64,000 bases of DNA from Eutreptiella sp. 'Long Island Sound 2002'. Taxonomy: Eukaryota; Protista; Euglenida. The stretch lies in the NCBI GenBank assembly GCA_964036045.1, contig OZ038378.1:12586001-12650000 (forward strand). The letters run 5' to 3'. A model generated the notes under the pieces. That model saw nothing but the letters and a program-made list of their open reading frames with translations, was not told the origin of the DNA and did no database searches. Both the position numbers and the translations under genes were made by a program. Below are positions 30,228 through 41,472 of this stretch, piece after piece; the first letter of the stretch is position 1; every line of letters begins with the position of its first letter.

Positions 30228-30875
30228 TTACGCATTGTGTGTCTTGATCAAAAAATCAATGTGTGAAGCCACATGCCTTGTGATAAAATCTACTTCGCAG
30301 TGTATGTCATTCGCCTTCGTCCTCAGGGCAAAAATGATGAAGGCTGTCATCATCTTGCGCTTTTCAATTGCGCGTTCAATACACAGTATGCTTGTATTGT
30401 AGATGAAACCATCTTCTCTGGATACACGGCGAAGTTTGGATATAGCTACATGTGGGCTATGTCGTGTTTTTTTGTAATTCGGTGTGAAAATACTACGAAG
30501 CAGATTGATCCTTTCTGCCACCATCGCCATCATTTTGGGTGTGACTTTGTATCCAATTATATCGGGTATACACTCTTTCGTAATAGTCTCACGACAAACC
30601 GAGCAGCGTTGCATGGAACCTGCACCTGCAACACCCTGTGGCACGACTGCAAACAGACAGGCGGCATAAAACGTGTGTCCACACTTCGGTAGAACAGTGT
30701 CCGTTTTCGATTCAAGGCATATGGTACAAGTGGCATCTTCGTGGAGCACCCTCTTCGTCCTGCGACGTTGGCACCTGGATACAGGAAAATCCGCAGTGCT
30801 GTATGGCTGTGTGGCTGTGTGGCTGTTCTGTGTTGTGTCATCATTTTCAAGTATGAATATAACATCTGCAATCAT
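30228..30875 (-). CDS. RING-finger protein (one zinc ligand C>Y)
   Basis: CTIC...CGHTFYAAC...CSVC. Confidence 0.75.
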   Translation of the reverse strand: MIADVIFILENDDTTQNSHTATQPYSTADFPVSRCQRRRTKRVLHEDATCTICLESKTDTVLPKCGHTFYAACLFAVVPQGVAGAGSMQRCSVCRETITKECIPDIIGYKVTPKMMAMVAERINLLRSIFTPNYKKTRHSPHVAISKLRRVSREDGFIYNTSILCIERAIEKRKMMTAFIIFALRTKANDIHCEVDFITRHVASHIDFLIKTHNA

Positions 30876-30880
30876 TGTGC

Positions 30881-33800
30881 CTATGGTACTGATATTTGTG
30901 TACAGCTTTTATGTTGGTATATGTATGATTCGAGATCAAAAAAAATGCCACAATTATATGAAAAACAATTATCCCGCCCAGTTCCATAATTATATGCGAA
31001 CTGTATGATCTGTTTGCCCGATCTGATGGTATGGTCCCATGCCACTGTCACATTTTCTGACATCTTGATGCCCAGGCGCATTGCGTATCCTGACTGTGCG
31101 GTCTTACACGCGCCTTCAACAAGGGCCTCGCGGCCAGCCCTGGCATGTACAAGGAATGAGCATGGATCCAGACCTGACACAAAACTGGTGCGGTGTAGAA
31201 GCCCCGAAAATTCAAGTCTACTATACTGATTGTTGTGCAGTGTAGGAAACGAATGTGTATGTGCAGCTTCGTCCTCAATATCTGTTACGCCCTCGACAAC
31301 CTGTTGACCAAGACACAGACAACACTGGAGAAGATTGGATACACTTCCCTTTGTACCCAGCATACACAGTGTTGCGAATGAGCTGATTTCTTTATTTCTG
31401 AAAATATTGCCTATTATTAGGGCCTCGGACTCTGCTCTACATGAAACACGCCGCTGTATGTCATGAAATTCGGACTCGCGTAGATTCGAAATGTGCATTT
31501 CCATCAGCCCTTGTGCTTTAGCCACCAATGCTGGCGGTAGTACACAATCGTTCAGGCCAATAGAAATACAATATCCATACATGCTCACATATGAAGCAAT
31601 TTTTTGAATATTGGTCAAAAACTGTGAAGCCTTGTGACCCCCATAGTACAGGAAAATTCTATGCAGAATTCCACCGCGCCCACCAAGGCTGGAACTGGTT
31701 ATGGCACCTTGTACATATAACCCACCTGAAATGATGCGGATGTTGATAAGCTGTGAATTGTATCTGTAGTGTAATTTACAAAGCGTATCATTGATGACAT
31801 ATTCGAAGCATGGACAGTTATCCGGTAGTAGTAATGACATCAAAGCCATGCCGGAGTGGCACCACGATTCCAACCCATCGTCCCTTTGTAATGAAAGCTG
31901 TACGGTCGCATGCAGAGGTTCTTGTACACAAAATTGTAACCACCTGGCCCGTAGTGAGTGCATCCTGCTCATAAGCTGTCCAAATGATATACCTTCAATC
32001 TGCGCGGCTAATTGTTGAAAAATTGACAGCGTGTGCCAGCATGTTGGAACCGGTGTCAGCCAGTGCCAGGCCACAACGGCGTCTTGTATTGGTTGCACAA
32101 CTGGCTTCCCTGCCTGTCCGGTGACTATTTGCTGGCTGATGCTCATCAGTTCAGACAGCTCTGTGAGTGCTGCCGTGTTTTGTGGAAAATGAACATTGAT
32201 CTCATCACCATCATAGTCCCCACGCATAGCTTCGATGGGTGCACAGCTTAATCCAAACGAAAGTCCATCGCTACTTTCTCTGATCCGCATTGCGAGCATG
32301 CTCTCTTGAACCAGTGTGGGTTGTCTGTTGACTAATACTATGTCACCATCAGTATAGGTTGTCCACAGAATGAAGCCAATCTGTACATCTGGCCAGTCCA
32401 ACAGATCACATGGATCAGATACAGTTCCATCATTGCAGTGCATTATTTTGTCCCCGTGACATAGTTGTGATATTGTACATATGCAGCCATTGACAGTCAC
32501 CTTCTGTGGTATTGGGAGGGGAGTGTCATCAGGAGCATGTGGTGGTGCCTCCAGTTTGCATAAATCCACATCGTTGCCCATTATGAAGAGTTTGTACCGT
32601 CTGTTGTTGCGGATTAACGTATCACCTAACATCAAAACGTCTGGTTTCCATAGAGCAATTTGTGATACCTGCAAGGGTGAAGTTGACTCCGAAATGGAGG
32701 TTGACATTCTGTACACTTTACCCTGCTGCATCGTGTGTTTCATCTTTGCTATATTGAAAATCTGCACTTGTACGGCTTTTGTTATATTGGCCAGTATGCA
32801 TCGTGGTATGCTGATCTCATCGCACCCAAGAATTGAATTACATGTTGCCACAGTGCGAGCGCATGTATTGACACGCTTGCCCATCCCATCCCGTCTTTGT
32901 CGTCCCGTCTTACCAGCCAACCGCCGTCGTATTGCTGTTTTCGTACTGCAAAGAGTTGATGGACGACGTGGCTGTTGACTGTCCCGTTGACCAACACAGT
33001 ACATTCTTCCCTGATCCATTGTGATTCTTTCGTATGAGTGATTGATCTCTGCGAAGGCATTGTAGACGGTATTGCTATTCCTACAATTTCTTATTGTTGT
33101 ACAATGTGAGATGATAGTCCTGTATTCCAGAACTATGCCATCCTCGGAACAGAATGGCTGACCGGTTTTGCTGTTTTTATTGTGTGTGGATGGTCTTGCT
33201 ATGGGTGGTATCACAGGTATTGCTGTCATGATCGCAAAAACTGGATGATTGGCATCTGTGCGGAATCCGAGAGCTTGATAATGTAAAAGCGGAACCCTGT
33301 TCAGTATGTGCATTATCACACCAGGTGGGATTGGTACACTGCTGCTGCTCCTGTTGCTGTGACTTGCATGCACACAAAGCCCATGCAATCGAAAAAGCAA
33401 AGTCGATGCTGCACAAAATTGACAATGCATATATCTGGCACATACTAGTGATATTTTCTTCAGTCGCTGTAACATTCTATTGTGGCTTCCAGTGCTGTGA
33501 ATGGGAAACTGTGCGAAAATCAAATAAGGACTCACCCTTAATTGGCAGCACTTTACACATATAGTCTGTAGTACATTGCACACCAGTTGTTGAAAGAGCG
33601 GGTTGACAATGGCACATGGGAGTTCGATGTGCCCCACATGACCTGGGCAATTGTTATAATCTTGAAAGCAGGTTGTACACTCAGTTGCAAGTCCGTTAAC
33701 CTGGGCACCATGCCCAAGGCGCGGATCATACAGTGTTCCATGTAATGAGCCCTGATCTGATGTGACATAAGGTAAACTACTGTTAATATGTGCCACTGAC

Positions 33801-34027
33801 ATTCGTCTGATCAGGTCTGAACTGGCAATGGACATATTAAACTTTTCAATATGATTGTCCCCATCAATCTGTAGTTGCGGATAGAGAGACGCTGCATTAC
33901 CAGCCATTGGCTGCCAGTACACATCAGACAGGCATGGCATGTCTGTTTGGGCTGTGGCATGTTGTGACACAGGATTAGGTGTTTTCTTTGGTATATAAGA
34001 TATGCGTTCAATGACCCTTCCATTCAT
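30881..34027 (-). CDS. RPB1: RNA polymerase largest subunit, N-terminal half (RpoA'-like)
   Basis: DPRLG..CTTC..CPGHVGHIEL, GKRVN..ARTV, NRQPTL, RGDYDGDE, GTKGS, AGRE..KTAQSGY; ends soon after IIQFAY. Confidence 0.93.
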   Translation of the reverse strand: MNGRVIERISYIPKKTPNPVSQHATAQTDMPCLSDVYWQPMAGNAASLYPQLQIDGDNHIEKFNMSIASSDLIRRMSVAHINSSLPYVTSDQGSLHGTLYDPRLGHGAQVNGLATECTTCFQDYNNCPGHVGHIELPCAIVNPLFQQLVCNVLQTICVKCCQLRVSPYLIFAQFPIHSTGSHNRMLQRLKKISLVCARYMHCQFCAASTLLFRLHGLCVHASHSNRSSSSVPIPPGVIMHILNRVPLLHYQALGFRTDANHPVFAIMTAIPVIPPIARPSTHNKNSKTGQPFCSEDGIVLEYRTIISHCTTIRNCRNSNTVYNAFAEINHSYERITMDQGRMYCVGQRDSQQPRRPSTLCSTKTAIRRRLAGKTGRQRRDGMGKRVNTCARTVATCNSILGCDEISIPRCILANITKAVQVQIFNIAKMKHTMQQGKVYRMSTSISESTSPLQVSQIALWKPDVLMLGDTLIRNNRRYKLFIMGNDVDLCKLEAPPHAPDDTPLPIPQKVTVNGCICTISQLCHGDKIMHCNDGTVSDPCDLLDWPDVQIGFILWTTYTDGDIVLVNRQPTLVQESMLAMRIRESSDGLSFGLSCAPIEAMRGDYDGDEINVHFPQNTAALTELSELMSISQQIVTGQAGKPVVQPIQDAVVAWHWLTPVPTCWHTLSIFQQLAAQIEGISFGQLMSRMHSLRARWLQFCVQEPLHATVQLSLQRDDGLESWCHSGMALMSLLLPDNCPCFEYVINDTLCKLHYRYNSQLINIRIISGGLYVQGAITSSSLGGRGGILHRIFLYYGGHKASQFLTNIQKIASYVSMYGYCISIGLNDCVLPPALVAKAQGLMEMHISNLRESEFHDIQRRVSCRAESEALIIGNIFRNKEISSFATLCMLGTKGSVSNLLQCCLCLGQQVVEGVTDIEDEAAHTHSFPTLHNNQYSRLEFSGLLHRTSFVSGLDPCSFLVHARAGREALVEGACKTAQSGYAMRLGIKMSENVTVAWDHTIRSGKQIIQFAYNYGTGRDNCFSYNCGIFFDLESYIYQHKSCTQISVP

Positions 34028-34623
34028 TGTGTTTGTGTAAAAGCTGAGGATAGTGATTGCACAACCGATGATAGACCCTCCCTCAGTTGCTGTTGATTCT
34101 GTTCGGATAGGTCTGTGTTCAGTATTTGACTCTGAGCAAGCTGCAGTAGATGTGTCAGTAGACCAGATGCATTTTCTGGGTTTTTGATTACATCCTTTAC
34201 CATGTCAACCATGTTTAACAGACCCTGTTGACACTCTTCGCGTTGTTGCATTGGAATGGCAACATTTCCACACTTACCGTTGGCGAAGTCATAGGCATCT
34301 TTTGTGTATGTAGTTATGTCATGGTTCATTTCGTGATACATATCGAGTATGGCCACCCAAATATGCCCCAGGCATTTATCCTTGTCATTCGAAGGTGGTA
34401 GTCCTTTGACATGAGCGATAACTGCACATAGTTGCACGGGTAGATGTGTTTCATCAAGATTTTTGAGAGATTCCAACACCAGGCAGTTATAGGAACTTTG
34501 TTGCAATTGATTTGTGTCACAACATCTCAGCCCGTTTAAAAGACTTTGTTCCTCAGATAACTCTGGTAAAGCACAAATGGTTTCTGTAAATTTCTTGATT
34601 GCATCGCGGGTAGTATCGTTCAT
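34024..34623 (-). CDS. hypothetical protein
   Basis: 199-aa ORF overlapping the RPB1 start. Confidence 0.6.
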   Translation of the reverse strand: MNDTTRDAIKKFTETICALPELSEEQSLLNGLRCCDTNQLQQSSYNCLVLESLKNLDETHLPVQLCAVIAHVKGLPPSNDKDKCLGHIWVAILDMYHEMNHDITTYTKDAYDFANGKCGNVAIPMQQREECQQGLLNMVDMVKDVIKNPENASGLLTHLLQLAQSQILNTDLSEQNQQQLREGLSSVVQSLSSAFTQTQ

Positions 34624-34673
34624 TATCTCAGCTACTTACTTATGGATAGAGTGAATGTGGATGGTTAATACCT

Positions 34674-35039
34674 TTATGCGTTTCGCCTTGTCTGGTCACC
34701 ACATTCCTGACAAACCCTTATCTCAGTCATACCCTCATCTGCGGAACGCAATTGTTTGTTGTACACAATGACATTCTTACTGCCACATTTTCTACATGAA
34801 CCATGTACAATTGTCGTGAACCTGTTTTCTGTTTTTGATCTTGTCAACTGTTCGTAATCCTCAACGTCATTTGCCAATTGCTTCGCCTCAATTCTTCTGA
34901 CAAATGATATTTTCCAGAAATCATCGTCATCCATAAAAAAAATCTGTGCAATGAAACGATCTATACTTGTAGCAAAAACAAAACCAGACCAAAATGCCCG
35001 ACCTGAAATTTGATTTGGACAAAACAACTGTGCTGACAT
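34674..35039 (-). CDS. TFIIS: TFIIS-type zinc ribbon transcription elongation factor
   Basis: CRKCGS...QLRSADEGMT...CQECG. Confidence 0.88.
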   Translation of the reverse strand: MSAQLFCPNQISGRAFWSGFVFATSIDRFIAQIFFMDDDDFWKISFVRRIEAKQLANDVEDYEQLTRSKTENRFTTIVHGSCRKCGSKNVIVYNKQLRSADEGMTEIRVCQECGDQTRRNA

Positions 35040-35308
35040 CTGCTGTTGTTTTCAGTCTTATAGGTGTGTTCCGTTTTATTTCACGCATAAAGAGTAAACA
35101 GATGAACCAGGAATTGATTCTGCTTTTGATGTTAACGATTCCGATGGCAGTTATTTGCTCGATTCTATGGTTCAAGTCATCGTCGAATATGGCACAGCCC
35201 GTTAATGGCGTGATTATGATCGCCCTTGTGGCTGCAATGGTCAACATGACTGCTAATCTATTCTCTGTGAAGGATCAGGGGCACCAAGTATCTGAAGAAC
35301 AGTCTTAG
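34994..35308 (+). CDS. small membrane protein (3 hydrophobic segments)
   Basis: 104-aa hydrophobic ORF. Confidence 0.55.
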   Translation: MPDLKFDLDKTTVLTSAVVFSLIGVFRFISRIKSKQMNQELILLLMLTIPMAVICSILWFKSSSNMAQPVNGVIMIALVAAMVNMTANLFSVKDQGHQVSEEQS

Positions 35309-35990
35309 CGAGTTTTGGTGATTTCATTGCTGTCGCCAGTTTGTGTTCTACATCGACAATGGATTCAGCCATCGCTACACATAAATCCATCATACTGCCG
35401 AACACAGACCTTATCTTTTCTGCACGCTTCAAAGAAATACCGGGGATACAACAGAGCAGATCACCGAAACCGATTTTACTCCCGGATCTGCGTCTTTTCA
35501 AGGTCACATCCAGGCACATGGGTGTGTAATTATGCTTATCCTGTTTTTCGAAAACACATGCGAGTAAAGAAACAATATCAACCGTTTCCTGTACATTTGA
35601 TGTCCGGATTGTGTGTAAATCACTCTGTAGCGACATGTGCACCAGTGTTCGCTGTACTTGTGTTTTCCCGCCAGCACTGTCATGGTATGGCAGGGCATCG
35701 ATGAGTTTGTAGTCACCTTCGATTATGAGAACGATATGACAGAATGCTGCATTGGTATGTCTCCAATCTCGCATATTTTGTATTTGTTGGGCAAGTCGTC
35801 CATCATAGACACTGTGCAAGAGATCATCCACACGTTTCCGCTCAATTATACATTCGTCATTTGTGCCAATTTGGATATGTATATCACCTACACTTAATCT
35901 TTTTCGTTCCACTGGGTGTATAGCCTTCTGATTGAATCTGTCGAGCAAATCCATTGGCTCGCGATCATCAACAGTAACGAGACACGTCAT
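35253..35990 (-). CDS. ERCC4/XPF-Mus81-family nuclease
   Basis: VDDRE, LSVGDI, IIERK..DL..S..DGR..Q, HhH IPGIS. Confidence 0.88.
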   Translation of the reverse strand: MTCLVTVDDREPMDLLDRFNQKAIHPVERKRLSVGDIHIQIGTNDECIIERKRVDDLLHSVYDGRLAQQIQNMRDWRHTNAAFCHIVLIIEGDYKLIDALPYHDSAGGKTQVQRTLVHMSLQSDLHTIRTSNVQETVDIVSLLACVFEKQDKHNYTPMCLDVTLKRRRSGSKIGFGDLLCCIPGISLKRAEKIRSVFGSMMDLCVAMAESIVDVEHKLATAMKSPKLAKTVLQILGAPDPSQRID

Positions 35991-36022
35991 TGTTGTCTTA
36001 AGATCTTCATAAGATTTTATCC

Positions 36023-37572
36023 TTATTGTACATGCTCCATGATGGTCTCCAGTGGAAGGTATGGTGACTGTATGTGTAAATATTGAGTTTCAATTATCAG
36101 TATCAGTTTTTGTTGGCAACGTGTTAAAGCTATATATAGTAGATTTACATCTTGTGTGGATCCTTCATCAGAGCGATATCCGAAGAGGTTGTATTGACAC
36201 AGATACACACAAGGAAATTCAAGTCCCTTGGCTGCATGCACAGTGCAGAATATAACATCAGGCTGTGTCCTGTTACCTGTCTCACCACATTGCAGAACAT
36301 CCTCGACAAAATCGAGCCACCTATCACAATCGATGTCTGTATTAGGGGGCATGTCATGTCGGAACCCCATGTGGAACAAGAGTTGTACTGTGGCAGATGG
36401 CGGTAGGATGTCGCGCCTTGTGAGCAGATTGTCGAACTGTATACTGTCTGTTCTACCTGACCTGTTGATGCACATCTGACGCGTGTACCGTAACGCACCG
36501 TTGATGGTTGGTGCAATCCATGCACAACAACAATGACCGTCGTTCGTTTGATTGTGCAAAAAAAAATGATACAACATTTTGACAATTGGCCTGTTGTTGC
36601 GTGAAAGAATGCATGGTGCTGCTGTGTTTTTCTGGTTTCCTTTGATTGTATTGAGTATGTAGCTATTCTGGTTGCGAACAATTGCCACCTGCACTGCCTT
36701 TGTGTCATTGGTTGTTCCACCACGTATCTTACCATTTATATTCTGTGTCACAGCTATCACTTTTTGTGGGCACCTGAAACAGTATGTCAATGGGTACTGT
36801 TGCATGCACCATTCATATGCTAGTTTTTCCAGTGCACTTTTGCTAGCCCCGCGAAACCCATATATGCTCTGTGAATGATCACCAACTATGACAATGCATG
36901 TGTGAGTTTTTTCCGAAACTATGCAATGCTTCAGAAAAGCTGCGTTCAATGTACTGAAATCCTGACCTTCATCTATCAGAAGTAGATCAGGTGTCGTACT
37001 CAATGTTAGACAATGGAAAACCGCAAAATATATGGTCCCATCTTGGTCAAATACTGTGCAATCTGGCTGAAGTGTCGCAGATAACACAGTGTCACAGAGG
37101 GTCAGAGGTCCATAGTCATTTGTTGGAAAAATTCCATTTTGTCGCTTCCGTAAAACAATCTGATACTGTTTAATTAATTCTGTTTTCGATAGTGTAGGGG
37201 CAAGTCTGTATAGTGTACTGTATAGGTGATTGTCGTCAATGCTTGCACATCCATTGCAATACTGCTTGCACAGCTTCAGTGCAAGCGAATTGACTGTACA
37301 GATTGATATATGGGTGGGTAGTTGTGTTGCAGCCATGGCAGCTAGCAATTTTTTTCCATGGTTCTCGACACTTCAACATTAAAACTTATCAGATACACAG
37401 TTGCATCAGGAACACTCAGTATTATATGCAGCAGCGTGCTCGATTTGCCTGCCCCTGCAACGGCATGTACGTATATGTTGCATGGGGTACGCCCTTCTTG
37501 TCTTGCAAGGGTTGTCTTCACAGTATTGGCGATACAGACCTGTTCTTGTGTCAACATTGTTGGCTCAATCAT
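36023..37572 (-). pseudogene. UvrD/Rep-like SF1 helicase, frameshifted at the A7 run near 37349-37355
   Basis: Walker A AVAGAGKS in 37342-37572; IDEGQD, GDHSQSIYGFRGA, TVHAAKGLEF, LYIALTR in 36023-37348. Confidence 0.88.
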
Positions 37573-37589
37573 GGCAATCTGCAGATGTT

Positions 37590-38234
37590 TCAGGGTATAT
37601 ACAGGGCTACGCGCATACCCTGTGGCACGTTGATATCATCTGTTGTTATGAGCGATTGGGGACGATTATGCTTCAAAATCACATACCACCAAACCGGACA
37701 GAAATCCCCTCCAAAAACAATTACTTTCGTAGTATTTGGATGGAAGGTGTGCAAGTATTCGATCAACATCTTGTCGTCTGCAAAATGTTGGCATGGTAGA
37801 ATGTTGACTGTGTGTTGCTTCTGAAGTGCAGATCTTTTGATGTTTGCATTGTTAATGATTTCTATTGTAGCTGTCTCATTTTGGTAGTTGGCAGTGAAAT
37901 TTGCAGTGGCTAGTGTTGGTAAACCAAGGGGATCTGGGCTTGCGTTCAATGTCATTTCCCCCTTCCTTCCGCTGTATAATATCCACTGACCATTGTATTG
38001 AATAGCAAAGACTGTTTTGTTCTTTACACTCCGTGAAAACGGTTCAGCCTCAGACCGCGATGAAAATTTGTGTGTCTTGTTGTGACCCATCACAGTAAAC
38101 GGCATGCCATTTGCTACCAGATAGTACTGTCTATCTGGCCATGATTTTCTTGTATAACCACCCGCCAAAAGAAGAAATGCTATGCTACAAATCCAAATGC
38201 ACACACAAACAATATACACTGTCACGCGTTGCAT
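37590..38234 (-). CDS. membrane-anchored hypothetical protein
   Basis: N-terminal TM segment, 214 aa. Confidence 0.55.
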   Translation of the reverse strand: MQRVTVYIVCVCIWICSIAFLLLAGGYTRKSWPDRQYYLVANGMPFTVMGHNKTHKFSSRSEAEPFSRSVKNKTVFAIQYNGQWILYSGRKGEMTLNASPDPLGLPTLATANFTANYQNETATIEIINNANIKRSALQKQHTVNILPCQHFADDKMLIEYLHTFHPNTTKVIVFGGDFCPVWWYVILKHNRPQSLITTDDINVPQGMRVALYIP

Positions 38235-38251
38235 GTGTGCTGTGCCCCTTT

Positions 38252-39481
38252 TTATACATATACAGCAAGTTTATTCTTGATCATCTGTATCTGTGACTCA
38301 GCCAGTTGCACCCTGTGCGGCGTATCGAGATGTGATTCTTCCATTTGTTCACCGAAAATGCTATGGTGAAATTCCGATGAAATCGCACACGCTGCTCTGT
38401 ATGCACACTTTATTATTGTGTCGTTGTGCTTTGTTGATTTTAAAAACTTCAAAAAATCTTCAGGCTTCAGTGAGGGCCGTTTGCAAAAGTAACGGACCGC
38501 ATTGTGGCCTGTTGACATCATATATGATGCGTGCCCGTGCTCACCGGTCTCCCCCAAACACAACGAGGCTTTTGTACATTTCTCATCTTTGAATTCGAAA
38601 TATACTCTCCTCGTTTCTCCGTCTGATGGTCTTATTACAATCCCCATTAGATGCCTTTTATCTGCGCCAACGCATCCGTAGTGAATCTTCTCTGCTGTAG
38701 GGGGGACGGTGGGATCACCATATAAAATGAGAATTGACCAACGGTATGTGAGACAGACAGACTTCAATTTTTCAAAGACATCCACTGATGGGAACACTGG
38801 TTTGATTTCCAGGAGCATACAATGTTGGTGCCAATTTTCCTCCGTATTAGGTTGCATGCACCAATTGTATATTTCACTGTCGTTGTCGGAGAACAGTATC
38901 CCATCAGGCGTATAAGTGTGTAAATGGCCCTCAGCAAAGTTGTGCCCTCTATATGAAAGCGCAAATCTCTCATACAGCACCGCAATACCACAGAAAGCCA
39001 ACAAAATACGAATTTGTGTTTCGAGGTGACTGTCTGGGGCCATTCTTTCCAGTGTCTGTCCGGTCTGTTTCAATGTAATCTTGTATCCGAGGTTATTTCC
39101 GTATGCTTGGCGTCGTAATATCACCCCGTCCCTGCACACCTCCTGTATTCCAAATGTACCCACATCATATCGCTGTCCTGAAAACAGCAACAATACATTC
39201 ACCATTTTTGTGTTCCAGATTGCTGCACGAAGTCCGTGTGTGATGACCGCTGGAAAGGCGAAATATAGAGTGTCTGGTGAGGTCCATCTATTCCCGTATC
39301 TGTTTGGTACAACCCATCTAACATATAGAACACGAGGTTCGCTTTCGTGTGATACGATAAACCCACCATTGCATTTGTAAGTTGACGGAAATCGCTCACC
39401 TTCGGTCACAACATCAGATATGCTGGCCAGGTCCACCACATGATCTATATCCCCAATGTCCTCCAGATGCAAAGATTGCAT
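38252..39481 (-). CDS. putative PD-(D/E)XK endonuclease
   Basis: YTPDG...LLEIKP. Confidence 0.5.
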   Translation of the reverse strand: MQSLHLEDIGDIDHVVDLASISDVVTEGERFPSTYKCNGGFIVSHESEPRVLYVRWVVPNRYGNRWTSPDTLYFAFPAVITHGLRAAIWNTKMVNVLLLFSGQRYDVGTFGIQEVCRDGVILRRQAYGNNLGYKITLKQTGQTLERMAPDSHLETQIRILLAFCGIAVLYERFALSYRGHNFAEGHLHTYTPDGILFSDNDSEIYNWCMQPNTEENWHQHCMLLEIKPVFPSVDVFEKLKSVCLTYRWSILILYGDPTVPPTAEKIHYGCVGADKRHLMGIVIRPSDGETRRVYFEFKDEKCTKASLCLGETGEHGHASYMMSTGHNAVRYFCKRPSLKPEDFLKFLKSTKHNDTIIKCAYRAACAISSEFHHSIFGEQMEESHLDTPHRVQLAESQIQMIKNKLAVYV

Positions 39482-39717
39482 TTAGTTCACAAAAGACTGT
39501 GATATGACAATGTAAACGTTACCCCTCAGTATCCTCATGCTGATCTGCTTTGTTTTTCGTCTCCACATCTTCTTGCTGATATGGTGACACCTGTTCTTTA
39601 TGCCCTACTGACTGTACTGGCCTGAAATTGCGTTCTAATTTGTCTGGATGTCTGTTTTGGTATAGTTCAGCGCCTGGTGGCCACTGTGTACGCTACTTGT
39701 TTTTGGACAGACCTGGG

Positions 39718-39966
39718 CTATATTCCACCTGTTAACAAAGAGGTGATGGTGTGTATGGCATTGTTGTTGCACATATGCTCGCATGTGGCATATAATTCAA
39801 GGAAACAGACCTGGACCATGTCGGGATCAATGAGATGCGAAATGTCTCTTTTGAGTGAGTACATTGCATTTTGTATGTCCTGTGCGTGGTGCATTTCGGC
39901 CAACAGCGTGTAGTTGTTGTTCCCTGTGAGATATGATGTGTTTATGTTTTTGTGTGCGTCATGCAT
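39718..39966 (-). CDS. small hypothetical protein
   Basis: 82-aa ORF co-oriented with neighbours. Confidence 0.35.
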   Translation of the reverse strand: MHDAHKNINTSYLTGNNNYTLLAEMHHAQDIQNAMYSLKRDISHLIDPDMVQVCFLELYATCEHMCNNNAIHTITSLLTGGI

Positions 39967-41472
39967 CCATTCATACTACCAAAGCGTGTGGTGTGGCATA
40001 CTTGTGTACACGTGATAATCTGTCAGACTTTGCATATGTGAATATTGCAGCAGTGAATTGAGCAAGACCGTTGGTGAAAGCCTTATGTCGTATATGGTGA
40101 TCGACATCTGACGGTCCAACGTCCTATGCGAAAATTGTGTGGTTCGTTGTCAACGGTTGTGTTCGGACATTTTACATCAGAATCAGGGGTGTGGCACATA
40201 CCTGTCGTGTGATCGCCGGTTTGCATGTTTGTCCTTGCCTTTGCCTTTGCCTTTCCCGTAATCGTATGCCACTGGGTAGTGGTTGTATGGTTGCGGGGGA
40301 GGATGTCCTGTATAGGGCATCTGCCATGACCGACTGTGACTCGGTTCGTGGTACTGCCTGTGGAGGTTTTCGCCGTATGCATATGGGTGAGCATGAGCGT
40401 ACTCGGGCCTTGTGTTGTTCATCATTCTGTATAAACAAAGATGCTGTTTGTTTCTATAAAACTGTTGACCTGACCTTTTTATATCATGTGGTGTTTTCCA
40501 TTTATGTGCACAAAGTTTATCCGATCGATATAAAATCAGCCCCCCCCCCTCCCCCAGACACCGTCACTTCCATGTTTTTCTACTCAACATGAATTGTGCT
40601 GGTTTGTGTTGCCCATCTGTGACAGCTCCTTGTGTGTATGAAAATTCTTTCGAGTTCTTTGAGTCTACTTCATTTGTTGATATTGCTTGATATTTGATTT
40701 GTTGTTTTTCTTTCTTGCTCGTTGATGTTTGTCTTTTAACTTCTTTTTGGCCGCGTTGTCCGCTTCCGGCCAATTATCTTCAAGGAAGAGTCTAAGGGCA
40801 GGGTACACGAAGAATGTAAGCGCATTAACAAGACCGTGCCTCGTGTGGGTTGCACAGTTTCAAAGGCTGCAAAGTCCACGGAGAGGACTATGTTGTTTGG
40901 TATCAAGGAAGGCACCAGAGCCAGAGGGCTACTGGAGGAGGCTTCGTATTTATACACCGTGGATGTCACATGCACGCATGCATTTGATTGTCGTTGTCCT
41001 TCATGTTGTACATGTATGTCAGCCCAAACACTACCCCATACAGCCAAGGGTGTGACAAAGCGCAGATCAACCAATGACATATAGAGAAACAATTCTGTGC
41101 ATGGTGCCTTGCCTTCCCCTGAGCGGCGGTTGATGATCACTTGGATCCGGAATGCTTGGGAGCGAATTTCTGAAAAAAATCTGCGCGCTGAAACGGCTTA
41201 TTTTCCGTACCAAAAAGTTGTTTACCGTTCCTTTGGATCCTCAATTTGTGTTGGATGAAACACATTGGCACCGCATCAACGCGGAAGTCGCTTCACACGT
41301 GTTCTCTTTGCTCGCTCAGTGGTAGAACCGGAAGTGACATTCATATCATCACTGCTACTCAGAAGGGTTGATCATCGTTTCCTATAAATACGGTGCTGTC
41401 TGCGTCTGGATCTGCAGTACCTGACTTGATGTTGCTGCGATGACAAATGACACATGGATCTGTCATCATTAT

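Noticed and set aside
30948-30996. Near-direct repeat cca(c/t)aattatatg at the RPB1 N-half end as an insertion boundary
   Set aside because: Copies are only 36 bp apart, and no matching repeat was found at the start of the putative C-terminal half.
41314-41326. tRNA gene (GCTCAGTGGTAGA)
   Set aside because: Only a D-arm-like stretch; no T-arm or acceptor stem follows.
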